DNA of 54,618 bases, from the IMG/VR virus record IMGVR_UViG_3300025759_000009, positions 1 through 54,618 of that record. One strand, 5' to 3'. The number at the start of each line of letters is the position of its first letter. Position 1 is the first letter of the stretch. Source of the stretch: a virus. Its lineage: Duplodnaviria; Caudoviricetes. Both the position numbers and the translations under genes were made by a program. Positions 7,973-15,720 of the stretch are shown here, piece after piece. The notes under the pieces are model-generated. The model was not told the origin of the DNA, made no database searches, and saw nothing but the letters and a program-made list of their open reading frames with translations.

Positions 7973-8118
7973 TGGATAAGAAAGATTTATTTATTGCGAT
8001 GCTTGAGGAGATGGATCGCGATTTAAAGAGCATTGATTGGCAGGATGTTTTCATTGCTATTGCTTGCTTTGCTCTTGTTGGTCTTTGGATTGCTGGCGTT
8101 TCTGCTGGCTGGTTTTAG
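7972..8118 (+). CDS. Small membrane protein (48 aa), not in the ORF track
   Basis: MDKKDLFIAMLEEMDRDLKSIDWQDVFIAIACFALVGLWIAGVSAGWF; TGATG coupling; C-terminal TM helix. Confidence 0.65.
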   Translation: MDKKDLFIAMLEEMDRDLKSIDWQDVFIAIACFALVGLWIAGVSAGWF

Positions 8119-8128
8119 GAGAGATAGC

Positions 8129-8338
8129 ATGACTAAAAAAAGAACATATAAAGTTTGGACTGAGTACGATGACAAGACCCTTGATGATTTGAGGCGCAAG
8201 AATGTTTCTATTCGGCATATTGCTGGGATTTTAGGGAGGACTGAATCTTCTATCAACAATCGCCTTGCTTTTTTCAAGCCTCTTGATCCGCCCGAGGTTA
8301 AAAAGAAATCTTGGCTTGATTGGATTATGGGCAGATAA
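8129..8338 (+). CDS. GcrA-like/Myb-type HTH DNA-binding protein
   Basis: WTEYDDKTL..LRRKNVSIRHIAGILGRTESSINNRL; ATG 8129 after AGGAG. Confidence 0.65.
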   Translation: MTKKRTYKVWTEYDDKTLDDLRRKNVSIRHIAGILGRTESSINNRLAFFKPLDPPEVKKKSWLDWIMGR

Positions 8339-8367
8339 AAGAGGGGCGGTTTTTCCGCCCTTCTTTA
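8337..8367 (+). terminator. Rho-independent terminator
   Basis: AAGAGGGGCGG-tttt-CCGCCCTTCTTT hairpin after the gene stop. Confidence 0.7.
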
Positions 8368-8401
8368 TGTTTGCAACCCGAACAAGTGTGCGATATGTAT
8401 A

Positions 8402-8494
8402 AGGGGCAGGTATCGCTGAGTCTGTGCGTATTCTTGGCGATAAACTCCCCCCCCGCCCGGCTAGGATTCGCACTGCAACGGCGGGGGTTTTTTT
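8402..8494 (+). ncRNA. Candidate ~90-nt structured sRNA with two stem-loops and loop-loop complementarity
   Basis: Promoter-like TTGCAA-N17-TATGTA (8371-8399). Stem UAUCGCUGAG/CUUGGCGAUA; stem CCCCCGCC/GGCGGGGG plus U7. The loops carry GUGCG and CGCAC. Confidence 0.55.
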
Positions 8495-8567
8495 GTGCGT
8501 TCTATGACAAAACGGATTTAAATCCCGATTATAATCCGCCCCGAACATAATTTTTCTTATTTAACTA

Positions 8568-8611
8568 TTGACCCAAATCATAAGATTTGTTATGTAGGGT
8601 TATCTAGTAAA
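8568..8611 (+). promoter_or_regulatory. Sigma70-type early promoter with TCTAGTAAA leader
   Basis: TTGACC-N17-TATGTA, TCTAGTAAA, GGAG, ATG 8627. Confidence 0.65.
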
Positions 8612-8626
8612 CAATGGAGAATTATC

Positions 8627-9028
8627 ATGGGATTAGATATGTATCTGACGGGCGACAAGTACACGCCTTCTTTTGGTGACAACAAGCGCGAGGTTGTTGA
8701 TGGCTATGAGGTTGAGGGCTTGCGTCTAAAGCTGGCTTACTGGCGTAAGCACTGGGCTTTGCACAATTACATTGAGGATCATTACGACTCCAACGACGAC
8801 CACAGGTTTTATCTTGAGAGTGATGACTTGCGGGACATTGCCAACGCTGTTGAGGGTGGCAAGTTGGTTGACCCGAATGATCTTGATGAGATGCCGAGCT
8901 ACCGCAGCGTTTATGCTCATTGGCGCGAACCCGAACAAGTTCGTGAAACTGTCAATGCGCTGCGCAAAGCTGCTGACTGGGTTGATGGCGGGGATTGGCG
9001 TTCTGTTGAATATGTAGGGAGTTGGTAG
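8627..9028 (+). CDS. Conserved phage hypothetical protein (MGLDMYL...YWRK family)
   Basis: N-terminal MGLDMYL, YWRKHWALH and C-terminal Y.GSW motifs, recalled as common in phage early regions. Confidence 0.85.
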   Translation: MGLDMYLTGDKYTPSFGDNKREVVDGYEVEGLRLKLAYWRKHWALHNYIEDHYDSNDDHRFYLESDDLRDIANAVEGGKLVDPNDLDEMPSYRSVYAHWREPEQVRETVNALRKAADWVDGGDWRSVEYVGSW

Positions 9029-9029
9029 G

Positions 9030-9236
9030 ATGAGTAAGATGGGAAATTATGTTGTGAGTTTGCAAGAAAGCGCGATGATGCCGTGCCCCGACTGCGATGG
9101 TGATGGCGTTGTGGCTGTTGAAGTCCCGAAGCCACATTCACCGAGCCGCGATATTGGCGAGCTTTACGAGGAGTTGCATCATTGTGAGCTTTGCGATGGC
9201 TTGGGAGAGATTGAGCGGGAGGACGAAGATGAGTGA
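9030..9236 (+). CDS. DnaJ-type zinc-finger protein
   Basis: CPDCDGDG ... CELCDGLG. Confidence 0.8.
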   Translation: MSKMGNYVVSLQESAMMPCPDCDGDGVVAVEVPKPHSPSRDIGELYEELHHCELCDGLGEIEREDEDE

Positions 9237-9297
9237 GCGTGAGATGGACAAGATGTTGGACGATGTTTTTCGCAAGGTATTTGGAGAGCTATGGTGA
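9229..9297 (+). CDS. Micro-ORF (22 aa) MSEREMDKMLDDVFRKVFGELW
   Basis: GGAGG SD; fills the gap between coupled genes. Confidence 0.5.
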   Translation: MSEREMDKMLDDVFRKVFGELW

Positions 9298-9584
9298 TGG
9301 AGAAACCGACATTCCGCTACTTGCTGGATCGTTTGGACGAGGTGAAAACGCAGTCTGATCTGGACAGGATTAAGGACGAGGTTGAGGGTCTTTTGCCCCT
9401 TGATCGTTTCGAGGGTGAAGAGAAGGGCTTTGATGTGCTGGGCGCGATTGACGATGTTAAGCGCGATTACATTAGTAGAGCCTTGAAGAAAGCCCCGACA
9501 TTGCACGAGGCGGCAGATTTGCTTGGGCTAAAGAGCTATCAGGTTCTTGTAAATTGGATGAAGAAGCTAGGGGTAAGCAAGTGA
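9291..9584 (+). CDS. Fis-like HTH protein
   Basis: YISRALKKAPTLHEAADLLGL.SYQVL..WMKKLG resembles the Fis/NtrC C-terminal HTH. Confidence 0.7.
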   Translation: MVMEKPTFRYLLDRLDEVKTQSDLDRIKDEVEGLLPLDRFEGEEKGFDVLGAIDDVKRDYISRALKKAPTLHEAADLLGLKSYQVLVNWMKKLGVSK

Positions 9585-9823
9585 TTGAGTTCTTTACTGC
9601 GTTGCTTATTGATTACACCTTGCAGGGCAACAAGATGAGGACAACTGTTTGGTTTGAAACTGAGCGCCATTGTCAGGAGGTCATGGATCGGAACATTGCA
9701 GAGCCTTTGTACAATTACTTGTACGCGCTTTATGGAAATGACATGATGATGACGTGTTATGTATCGGAGGAAGTATCTCATGATTTGGTTAGGCCAAAAC
9801 TTAGACCGAAGGGTTTGAAATGA
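9581..9823 (+). CDS. Hypothetical protein
   Basis: Track 9554..9823; probable GTG start at 9581 coupled to the upstream stop. Confidence 0.65.
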   Translation: MIEFFTALLIDYTLQGNKMRTTVWFETERHCQEVMDRNIAEPLYNYLYALYGNDMMMTCYVSEEVSHDLVRPKLRPKGLK

Positions 9824-10029
9824 GCTTGAGTCCAGAAAAAACGGAGAGGATCATTAGTGATCTTCTCCAAGAGTTGCCCGAGAAGTTTTCTTTGTCTGAC
9901 TCGCGCAACTTAGTTTGCGAACTTTTGTTCGGGTTAGGTATAAATCCAGATGATTTGCCTGTCTTTTTGCTGCTTGTTGTTGATGCTTACATGGGAGACC
10001 GCGCAGTTGATCGGATGAAAGAAAGGTGA
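9820..10029 (+). CDS. Hypothetical protein
   Basis: ATGA-coupled, 69 aa. Confidence 0.7.
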   Translation: MSLSPEKTERIISDLLQELPEKFSLSDSRNLVCELLFGLGINPDDLPVFLLLVVDAYMGDRAVDRMKER

Positions 10030-10061
10030 TATAACCCGAATAAGTTTACTTGGAGATCGTC

Positions 10062-10817
10062 ATGACCCCTTCCCCATTCGCAAATTCGATTCGGCCTCTT
10101 CAGGCTCGAACTATGGAAGTTAGAGCGGGTGACTCTGCTTATGATCCACGAAATCAGGGAATTATGGGGTCACTGATGTCGCAATTTTCTCGACCCGCTC
10201 CAGTTGCGGCGCAACCCATCAACCCATTCGAGGGCAACGAGCAGTATCAGGCGTTGATGGAGTATCAGAAGTCTATATCCCCACAGCAGGAGCAGCTTGA
10301 TCGTTTGAACGAGTTACGCACATCATTTGAGGGCACTGGTGGATACAAGGATTATCGCATTCAGCAGATGGAACAGCAGATGCAACGTATGCGTCAGCAA
10401 CCCCGAATGGGAATGGGGCTTGGCGGTATGCGCCCGACTGGCATGGGAATGTTTGGCGGGTTTCCACAGCAACCACAGCGCCAATTTGGTCAGATGCCGA
10501 TGCTTCAGCCTATGGTAACACCGCGTGGTGGATACAATCAGTATCAAAACCAGTTCGGCGCTATGGGATACAACCAGCCACAGCAAAATCCATATCAGCA
10601 GCAACCGTATCAGCAGCAGCAGTATGGCATGATGGGCGGTTATCAGCAGAATCCGTATCAACAGATGCGTCCGCAGCCACAGCAGTTTGGCGGTTACGGC
10701 ATGGGTCAAAGCATGGGTGGATATGGCGGCTATGGCGGTATGCAAAATTATTACGCGCCGCAGCAATACGGTCAACAAAACATGGGTCAACCCCAACAAT
10801 TCGGTAGAATGTATTAA
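10062..10817 (+). CDS. Gln/Gly/Tyr/Met-rich prion-like low-complexity protein
   Basis: The C-terminal half is built of QQPYQQQQYGMMGGYQQNPYQQ-type repeats. GGAG SD, ATG 10062, promoter TTGATC-N17-TATAAC at 10007-10035. Confidence 0.8.
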   Translation: MTPSPFANSIRPLQARTMEVRAGDSAYDPRNQGIMGSLMSQFSRPAPVAAQPINPFEGNEQYQALMEYQKSISPQQEQLDRLNELRTSFEGTGGYKDYRIQQMEQQMQRMRQQPRMGMGLGGMRPTGMGMFGGFPQQPQRQFGQMPMLQPMVTPRGGYNQYQNQFGAMGYNQPQQNPYQQQPYQQQQYGMMGGYQQNPYQQMRPQPQQFGGYGMGQSMGGYGGYGGMQNYYAPQQYGQQNMGQPQQFGRMY

Positions 10818-10837
10818 ATTTTTTTGTTAAAGTTTTT

Positions 10838-10940
10838 GCGCGGATGACTTTATATTAACAATCGCTTACACGGGGTGTAGTTGTTGTTGGTTCGTGCTAC
10901 CAAATTGCGCCACCAGTTTAACTGTCACGGTCATCCGCAC
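10838..10940 (-). ncRNA. Candidate ~100-nt multibranch structured RNA
   Basis: An 11-bp closing stem GUGCGGAUGAC/GUCAUCCGCGC encloses hairpins CAGUU/AACUG, UUGGU/ACCAA and UACAC/GUGUA. TATAAT lies at 10950-10945. Confidence 0.45.
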
Positions 10941-10945
10941 GATAA

Positions 10946-11098
10946 TTATATTACAGTAAGTTTACAGACCGCGCATTTCTGCACGATCTTTTTTTCTTCT
11001 ATTAGCAAGTCTTGCAGAGGTAGAGCGCATTTAGGGCATAGGTTTTGTTCCAAAAGTTTTTGAAACATTCCCTCTTCCTGTAGCTCTATCTTTTTCAT
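10946..11098 (-). CDS. Zinc-ribbon protein (50 aa), not in the ORF track
   Basis: MKKIEL...CPKC...CAVCKLTVI; ATGA-coupled to 11095..11424. Confidence 0.7.
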   Translation of the reverse strand: MKKIELQEEGMFQKLLEQNLCPKCALPLQDLLIEEKKIVQKCAVCKLTVI

Positions 11099-11424
11099 TT
11101 CTCTGTTTCTCTTGGCAGATTATATCTGTTTTTTACCTGCGTTACAGCTTGGTGAGATTTGCCAAGTATGTCAGAGATTTCTGCTACGGTCATGCCTTTT
11201 ATGAGCATTTTGTTTATAACTTTGGCATTTTCGGATAGAGCCAGCTTTGGTGCTCCACCCATCTTTCCGAATTTTCCTGCATTATGTCCGTTTTTTGCTT
11301 GAGGTGATGGCATAATTTTTGGGTTTGCAATTCTGTCGATTTTGTTTTGTCGATCCCAAGCCCTTTTGTATATGTCTTGATACTTATCTATTTGCCACTG
11401 TTTAGGTTTCTGATTCATTTTCAT
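11095..11424 (-). CDS. HTH DNA-binding protein
   Basis: KGMTVAEISDILGKSHQAVTQV HTH. Confidence 0.75.
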   Translation of the reverse strand: MKMNQKPKQWQIDKYQDIYKRAWDRQNKIDRIANPKIMPSPQAKNGHNAGKFGKMGGAPKLALSENAKVINKMLIKGMTVAEISDILGKSHQAVTQVKNRYNLPRETEK

Positions 11425-11581
11425 CTACCTTTTCAAGTTTTCTTTCTAGTATGTCGATCAGAGCCTCTATTTCTTCCATTTGCTGTTTAACCATATGGTT
11501 ATTGTTATTTAAGGCTCTGACCTTAGATGTGTTTACGCACCGCTTTATGCGGTTAAGCACTGTAATGGCGTCTACGTCCAT
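11402..11581 (-). CDS. Hypothetical coiled-coil protein (59 aa), not in the ORF track
   Basis: MDVDAITVLNRIKRC...EALIDILERKLEKV; fills the operon gap. Confidence 0.6.
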   Translation of the reverse strand: MDVDAITVLNRIKRCVNTSKVRALNNNNHMVKQQMEEIEALIDILERKLEKVDENESET

Positions 11582-11799
11582 TTCGCAGACCCTTTTAGAA
11601 TCACAACGTCACCAACAATCCCAGTGCCGCATAGTTCTGTAGCCTCTTTGTTGAAGGGCATTCCTCTAAGCAATCCCTCTTCATTAACAAGGACTTGAAT
11701 TTCTGTGTCAATTGGCGACCGAACCATTTCGACCAAGCCACCGACCAGTTCTTGCGCCTTTTCGAGTGTCGGCGCTTCTTTTTCAAATACATGAATCAT
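11572..11799 (-). CDS. DUF3846-like protein
   Basis: PTLEKAQELVGGLVE...VNEEGLL...PFN..AT...IVGDVVI motif; AGGAG SD. Confidence 0.75.
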   Translation of the reverse strand: MIHVFEKEAPTLEKAQELVGGLVEMVRSPIDTEIQVLVNEEGLLRGMPFNKEATELCGTGIVGDVVILKGSAKWT

Positions 11800-11914
11800 G
11801 TTGTTCTCCTTTTTGTAGATATGGGATTATTACCATTTAGTCCCAGAGTAATCAAGCGAAAAGTTAACCGGGTACATAATCCAATTAACTTTTTAACCCG
11901 AACAAATTGTCGGG

Positions 11915-14155
11915 TTATATGTTATCCCGCCCGGTCTGTCGTTCGTATTCGCCGCGAGCGAGTGGGCCATCCATAGCTCCGAGCCATTTCTCTGTTCCGC
12001 CTGCTGTCAGCGTGTACCTACGAATTAGTCCAGCCGATATTGCGGCGGTGATAGCGGCTTTGATTGTTGACTCTCTTCCTGCGCCTTTAAGGAATATAAC
12101 GCACGGCTCACCTGAATTTGATTCGTGTACGGCAGGATATAGGCCATCATCTTTCCCACCGAAAGACACTGCACGACCTTCGTTTTCTCGCATACGCACG
12201 AACTCAGCAATGTGTTCTAGGCGCTGACGAACTGTTGTGGACATTGCCAATGAGCGAATATCTGCCGAGCGGTCTTCGAGCAAGCCTGTGTTCGGGTTAC
12301 GAATGAAGTGTCTGATGTCTCGATTAGCTGGGCCGTTTGATTTAACGACCGCGCCATCGAACACGCCATTGCGTGTGTATTCTATGTTCAGGTCTCTACA
12401 CCGTTGCTTGCCTGTGCTTTCGTCCACTGACCAAACTGAGAACGCGCAGCGCACGCCATCAACGATAGCTGATGTACCGCGAATAAGGTTCCGCGCTTGC
12501 TCTGGCGTCTTGACAGGTTCGTTGTCCTTAATCTTAGCCATGTGGTGATTAACCATGACCGTTGCGCCTGTTTCGGTTGCCATCTGAGCAAGTAGGCCCA
12601 TGAATGCAGCCCCAGCGGCGGGATCAGCGTTTACATCTGCGTGTACGAATGATGCCATAGGGTCAATGACGATGAGCTTGAGGTTATCCATTTCCAGCAT
12701 TTGATCGTAGATGCGTTCGAACTCTGCACCCATGAGATAGCTATTGTCGAACTTCTGCATAATAGGGAACACGCCACCGAGGTTGGGCAGGGGGAGGATG
12801 CGGAGCTTATGATCGTAATGCTCACGGTATCGCTTTGGATCGAGGCGTGAGATACGTCTGTGCATCTCTCCCTTATCGTCTTCTGCCGTGATTAGGATCA
12901 CATCGCCGTGTTCTGCTACGAGGCCACCGAATGCGCTTTGCATAGATGCGCCTGATGCGACCTTCATCGCGAGATCGAGTGTCATCATGCCTTTACCGCT
13001 ATCGCCTGCTGCGGCAAATACTGTGGGCACTCCGAGCGGAATTGTATCGCCAATGAGGAACTTTTGCTCTGGCGGCGATCCAACGAAATACTGGTCAATT
13101 AGCAGGCTTTCGTCTAGCAGGGAGATCGGCTTTTTGATTTTGCTTTCTTGCGACTTGATAAACTTGTTAATATCAAAGCCTTCATCAATCGCGTCTGCGG
13201 CATCCCACTTCTCTTCTTTTGTAGCGGGGATTTGCAAAATCAGTGTACTTTTGGCTCCTGCTTCTTTAGCTTGCGCTTCCACAATGCGAGCGAGCTTTTT
13301 TCCAGCTTCGTCATTGTCAGGCCATAAGATTAATTCTTTGTTGCGCAGTTGCGTAAATTCAAACTTATGGGCTGTGTTTTCGGACAGCATACCCGCACCA
13401 CCGATGGTGCATGTTGCAGCGTATCCTAAATCATTTAAAGCGTTGGCGCACTTTTCGCCTTCGACCCATATAACTTTATCCGCACCTAAAATGTTCGGGA
13501 TGTTATACAAGGGGCGCGGTTCTGGCACGCCTTGGCGACCATTCATGAACTGGCGGAATTGTTTCTTTGGCTTACCGGAACTATCCCGAACAATTTCTCC
13601 GGTTACGTCCCGATCAAAGTATTTGCGCACAGTAACGAGAACTACACCATCCTCATCTGTATAGGCATATTCCTCTTCGAACGGCGTACTTGGGTTAATA
13701 GTTTGCTTTTGTTCGGTTTGTTGTGGAACCTGCGGCGGTGGGGATGATGCCATTACAGAGAAGTTAATGGGATTGTTCGGCTTAACAATATTTTCTGGCG
13801 GAGCAACGTAGTCTGTGGGCAGATGATGCTTGAAGTAATCTAGGCATTCTGTGAGCGAATATCCGCGACCTTCTTTAAACACCTTGCAGATACCACCGAT
13901 GCCATCGCCTGATTCGAAATCTTTGCCAGTCATAAACCACGGACTGCTTGTGTCGATGTTAATGCGGAGTGATTGACCCGCTTCGCCACGCAACGAACCT
14001 AGAAAGAATTCCTTACCGCGCTGCACCCCTTGGGGGTATGTTTCGAAAAGTGCGGACAATTGGACACTACGGGGAACTTCTTCCGAAATTCTCTTTGCTA
14101 CCTCTTGTGGTGTCTTGCCATATCTTAATAGATTCATTATCTTGTCCCTGTTCAC
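11915..14155 (-). CDS. Primase (TOPRIM)-AAA helicase (RepA/AAA_25-like) fusion
   Basis: PLYN...VIWVEGEKCA, WPDNDEAG and KWDAAD toprim motifs; Walker A AAGDSGKG, Walker B IVIDP, NHHMAK, RGTSAIVD. Confidence 0.9.
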   Translation of the reverse strand: MNRDKIMNLLRYGKTPQEVAKRISEEVPRSVQLSALFETYPQGVQRGKEFFLGSLRGEAGQSLRINIDTSSPWFMTGKDFESGDGIGGICKVFKEGRGYSLTECLDYFKHHLPTDYVAPPENIVKPNNPINFSVMASSPPPQVPQQTEQKQTINPSTPFEEEYAYTDEDGVVLVTVRKYFDRDVTGEIVRDSSGKPKKQFRQFMNGRQGVPEPRPLYNIPNILGADKVIWVEGEKCANALNDLGYAATCTIGGAGMLSENTAHKFEFTQLRNKELILWPDNDEAGKKLARIVEAQAKEAGAKSTLILQIPATKEEKWDAADAIDEGFDINKFIKSQESKIKKPISLLDESLLIDQYFVGSPPEQKFLIGDTIPLGVPTVFAAAGDSGKGMMTLDLAMKVASGASMQSAFGGLVAEHGDVILITAEDDKGEMHRRISRLDPKRYREHYDHKLRILPLPNLGGVFPIMQKFDNSYLMGAEFERIYDQMLEMDNLKLIVIDPMASFVHADVNADPAAGAAFMGLLAQMATETGATVMVNHHMAKIKDNEPVKTPEQARNLIRGTSAIVDGVRCAFSVWSVDESTGKQRCRDLNIEYTRNGVFDGAVVKSNGPANRDIRHFIRNPNTGLLEDRSADIRSLAMSTTVRQRLEHIAEFVRMRENEGRAVSFGGKDDGLYPAVHESNSGEPCVIFLKGAGRESTIKAAITAAISAGLIRRYTLTAGGTEKWLGAMDGPLARGEYERQTGRDNI

Positions 14156-14167
14156 AACTTAACTACT

Positions 14168-14205
14168 AAATATGGGATGCCGCCGACCAAGCGCGTCCCA
14201 TATTT
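14168..14205. promoter_or_regulatory. Long hairpin upstream of the primase gene (terminator or processing site)
   Basis: AAATATGGGATGC...GCGTCCCATATTT inverted repeat. Confidence 0.5.
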
Positions 14206-14209
14206 TTTA

Positions 14210-14989
14210 CTAATTCCAGCATGTTTCACAAAACTCGCAGAACTTGCACAGAAAAAAATCTTTACTTTGCGCAACACGCGGTAGAATGTCACCAGCTTTT
14301 GATGCCGTCAAGATATTCACGGCTCGATCACTTGCCTCTTGAGCCAAGGCTTTATTGTAAGGCACTAGCTCATAATAGACCTCTGAGGTGTTTTTATTGA
14401 TAACGGTAAACAGCGCAGGGTTTTCAGTTAACTCCATATAGGTCTGGTACAGAGCCAACTGAGTTGCGTATGTTTTGTTCGCTTTTTCGACGCCATGACG
14501 TACAAACCCTTTGAACTTGCTATCGTTGGCTGACTTGCACTCCCACAGCGCAGGGTAGCCCATAGCTACAGGGCCATCGCATATCACGCCGTCTATGTGA
14601 CCGCGTATCTCGCCGTCAGCGATAGAGAAGCCAAATTGCTTATTGTCTTTGTCTTCTGTGCGCAGATCGAAACCAGCGTCTTTGAGCCACTTTGCAGCAA
14701 AGTCCTCAATCTCGTGGCCGAACTGGAATATACGCAGTGTACGGGCGCTAAATGCCTTGTCAGCATCTATGGGGTAGTTGAGGTATCTGTACTGTATTTT
14801 GCGCGAACACTCGTCGCCAATACTTGATGCCCCGATGTATTTACGGCGCTCTCTTTTTTGCTCACCCGCAACGACTGCTTTATCCACAGCTTCTTTGATG
14901 CTTTCCGCTACAGGATCGACCCTAGAACGGGATTGAAGTAGAGGGCCAAGTGCCTGTTGACTTAAAGTAGGTGTCTTCGAGTTGCCCAA
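14210..14989 (-). CDS. Cas4-like PD-(D/E)XK exonuclease with Fe-S cysteines
   Basis: YIGASSIGDEC.R, GHIDG, WECKS, QLALYQ and C-terminal CKFCEFCETCW; AGGAG SD before TTG. Confidence 0.85.
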   Translation of the reverse strand: MGNSKTPTLSQQALGPLLQSRSRVDPVAESIKEAVDKAVVAGEQKRERRKYIGASSIGDECSRKIQYRYLNYPIDADKAFSARTLRIFQFGHEIEDFAAKWLKDAGFDLRTEDKDNKQFGFSIADGEIRGHIDGVICDGPVAMGYPALWECKSANDSKFKGFVRHGVEKANKTYATQLALYQTYMELTENPALFTVINKNTSEVYYELVPYNKALAQEASDRAVNILTASKAGDILPRVAQSKDFFLCKFCEFCETCWN

Positions 14990-15149
14990 TGTTAATCTCC
15001 TGATCTAATCTTTTTGCTTCTTGGATACCGAATATCAGCGTATGTACTTGCTCTTCTGTTAAATCAGAAAACCTTGTGTTCCAGCCGAATACTCCAAGTA
15101 TGTGTGCCAATTCTTTCATTGGCTCTGGTGCTGTTGAATTATCGCTCAA
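14922..15149 (-). CDS. Hypothetical protein (DUF6511-like)
   Basis: GWNTRFSDLTEEQVHTLI motif; sits between the helicase and the exonuclease. Confidence 0.7.
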   Translation of the reverse strand: MSDNSTAPEPMKELAHILGVFGWNTRFSDLTEEQVHTLIFGIQEAKRLDQEINIGQLEDTYFKSTGTWPSTSIPF

Positions 15150-15451
15150 TGCTCAATTTCCTCTCCTGTCGAAATAAGGTCTATTACCTCGTCAATTTTA
15201 TCGGGGTCAATTTCGTTGTTTCTGAATCCTAGATTCATAACCTCTTCCCCTCTAACCATTATGCTTGCGGTTCCAAACATAACTGTGTTTTCAGCTTCTT
15301 CTATGTGGGTGTTGATTACATCATTCGCCACTGACTGAATTTCATTAAGGTCTTCGCTATTTTTTACCCAACAGATCAATTCATATTCAGAGCTTTCTAT
15401 CGTCTGTTTTTCTGATTCGACCATAAATAGGTACATTTCAAAGCGAGCCAT
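15146..15451 (-). CDS. Acidic hypothetical protein
   Basis: Probable ATG 15451 after AAGGA. Confidence 0.75.
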   Translation of the reverse strand: MARFEMYLFMVESEKQTIESSEYELICWVKNSEDLNEIQSVANDVINTHIEEAENTVMFGTASIMVRGEEVMNLGFRNNEIDPDKIDEVIDLISTGEEIEH

Positions 15452-15453
15452 TT

Positions 15454-15720
15454 TTATTCCTTGCTGGACAATTCGTTGCCACACGCCAAGTAACCACAGC
15501 CGTCGATCCAGTTGTCTGCATTTTGGGGATTGGATTTTATGCGAGCAATTTTGAGCATAGCCATCATAGCCCCTACGTCATGCGGCTTGATTAACGTGTC
15601 TAAGTAAATCGACCATAGGTTTGCTATAGTTGTCAGGTTTGACTCCATATCACCATGCGTAGCGGCACGATCCTTGGTGACATATTCCTTAGCCGTATCT
15701 AATGTTTCAGATCGTTCCAT
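15454..15720 (-). CDS. DUF6378-like protein
   Basis: VTKDRAATHGD...IANLWS.YL...DVGAMMAMLKIAR...DNWIDGCGY. Confidence 0.85.
   Translation of the reverse strand: MERSETLDTAKEYVTKDRAATHGDMESNLTTIANLWSIYLDTLIKPHDVGAMMAMLKIARIKSNPQNADNWIDGCGYLACGNELSSKE

Noticed and set aside
10890-10920. tRNA gene
   Set aside because: Only a D-arm-like string; no T-arm GTTCRA, anticodon arm or CCA acceptor geometry.
12237-13664. Long plus-strand ORFs antisense to the primase (and similar antisense ORFs across 20-54 kb)
   Set aside because: Shadow ORFs of well-supported minus-strand genes, without SD or recognisable motifs.
14210-14989. CRISPR-associated Cas4
   Set aside because: A solo Cas4-like exonuclease in a replication/recombination module; no cas1/cas2 or array.
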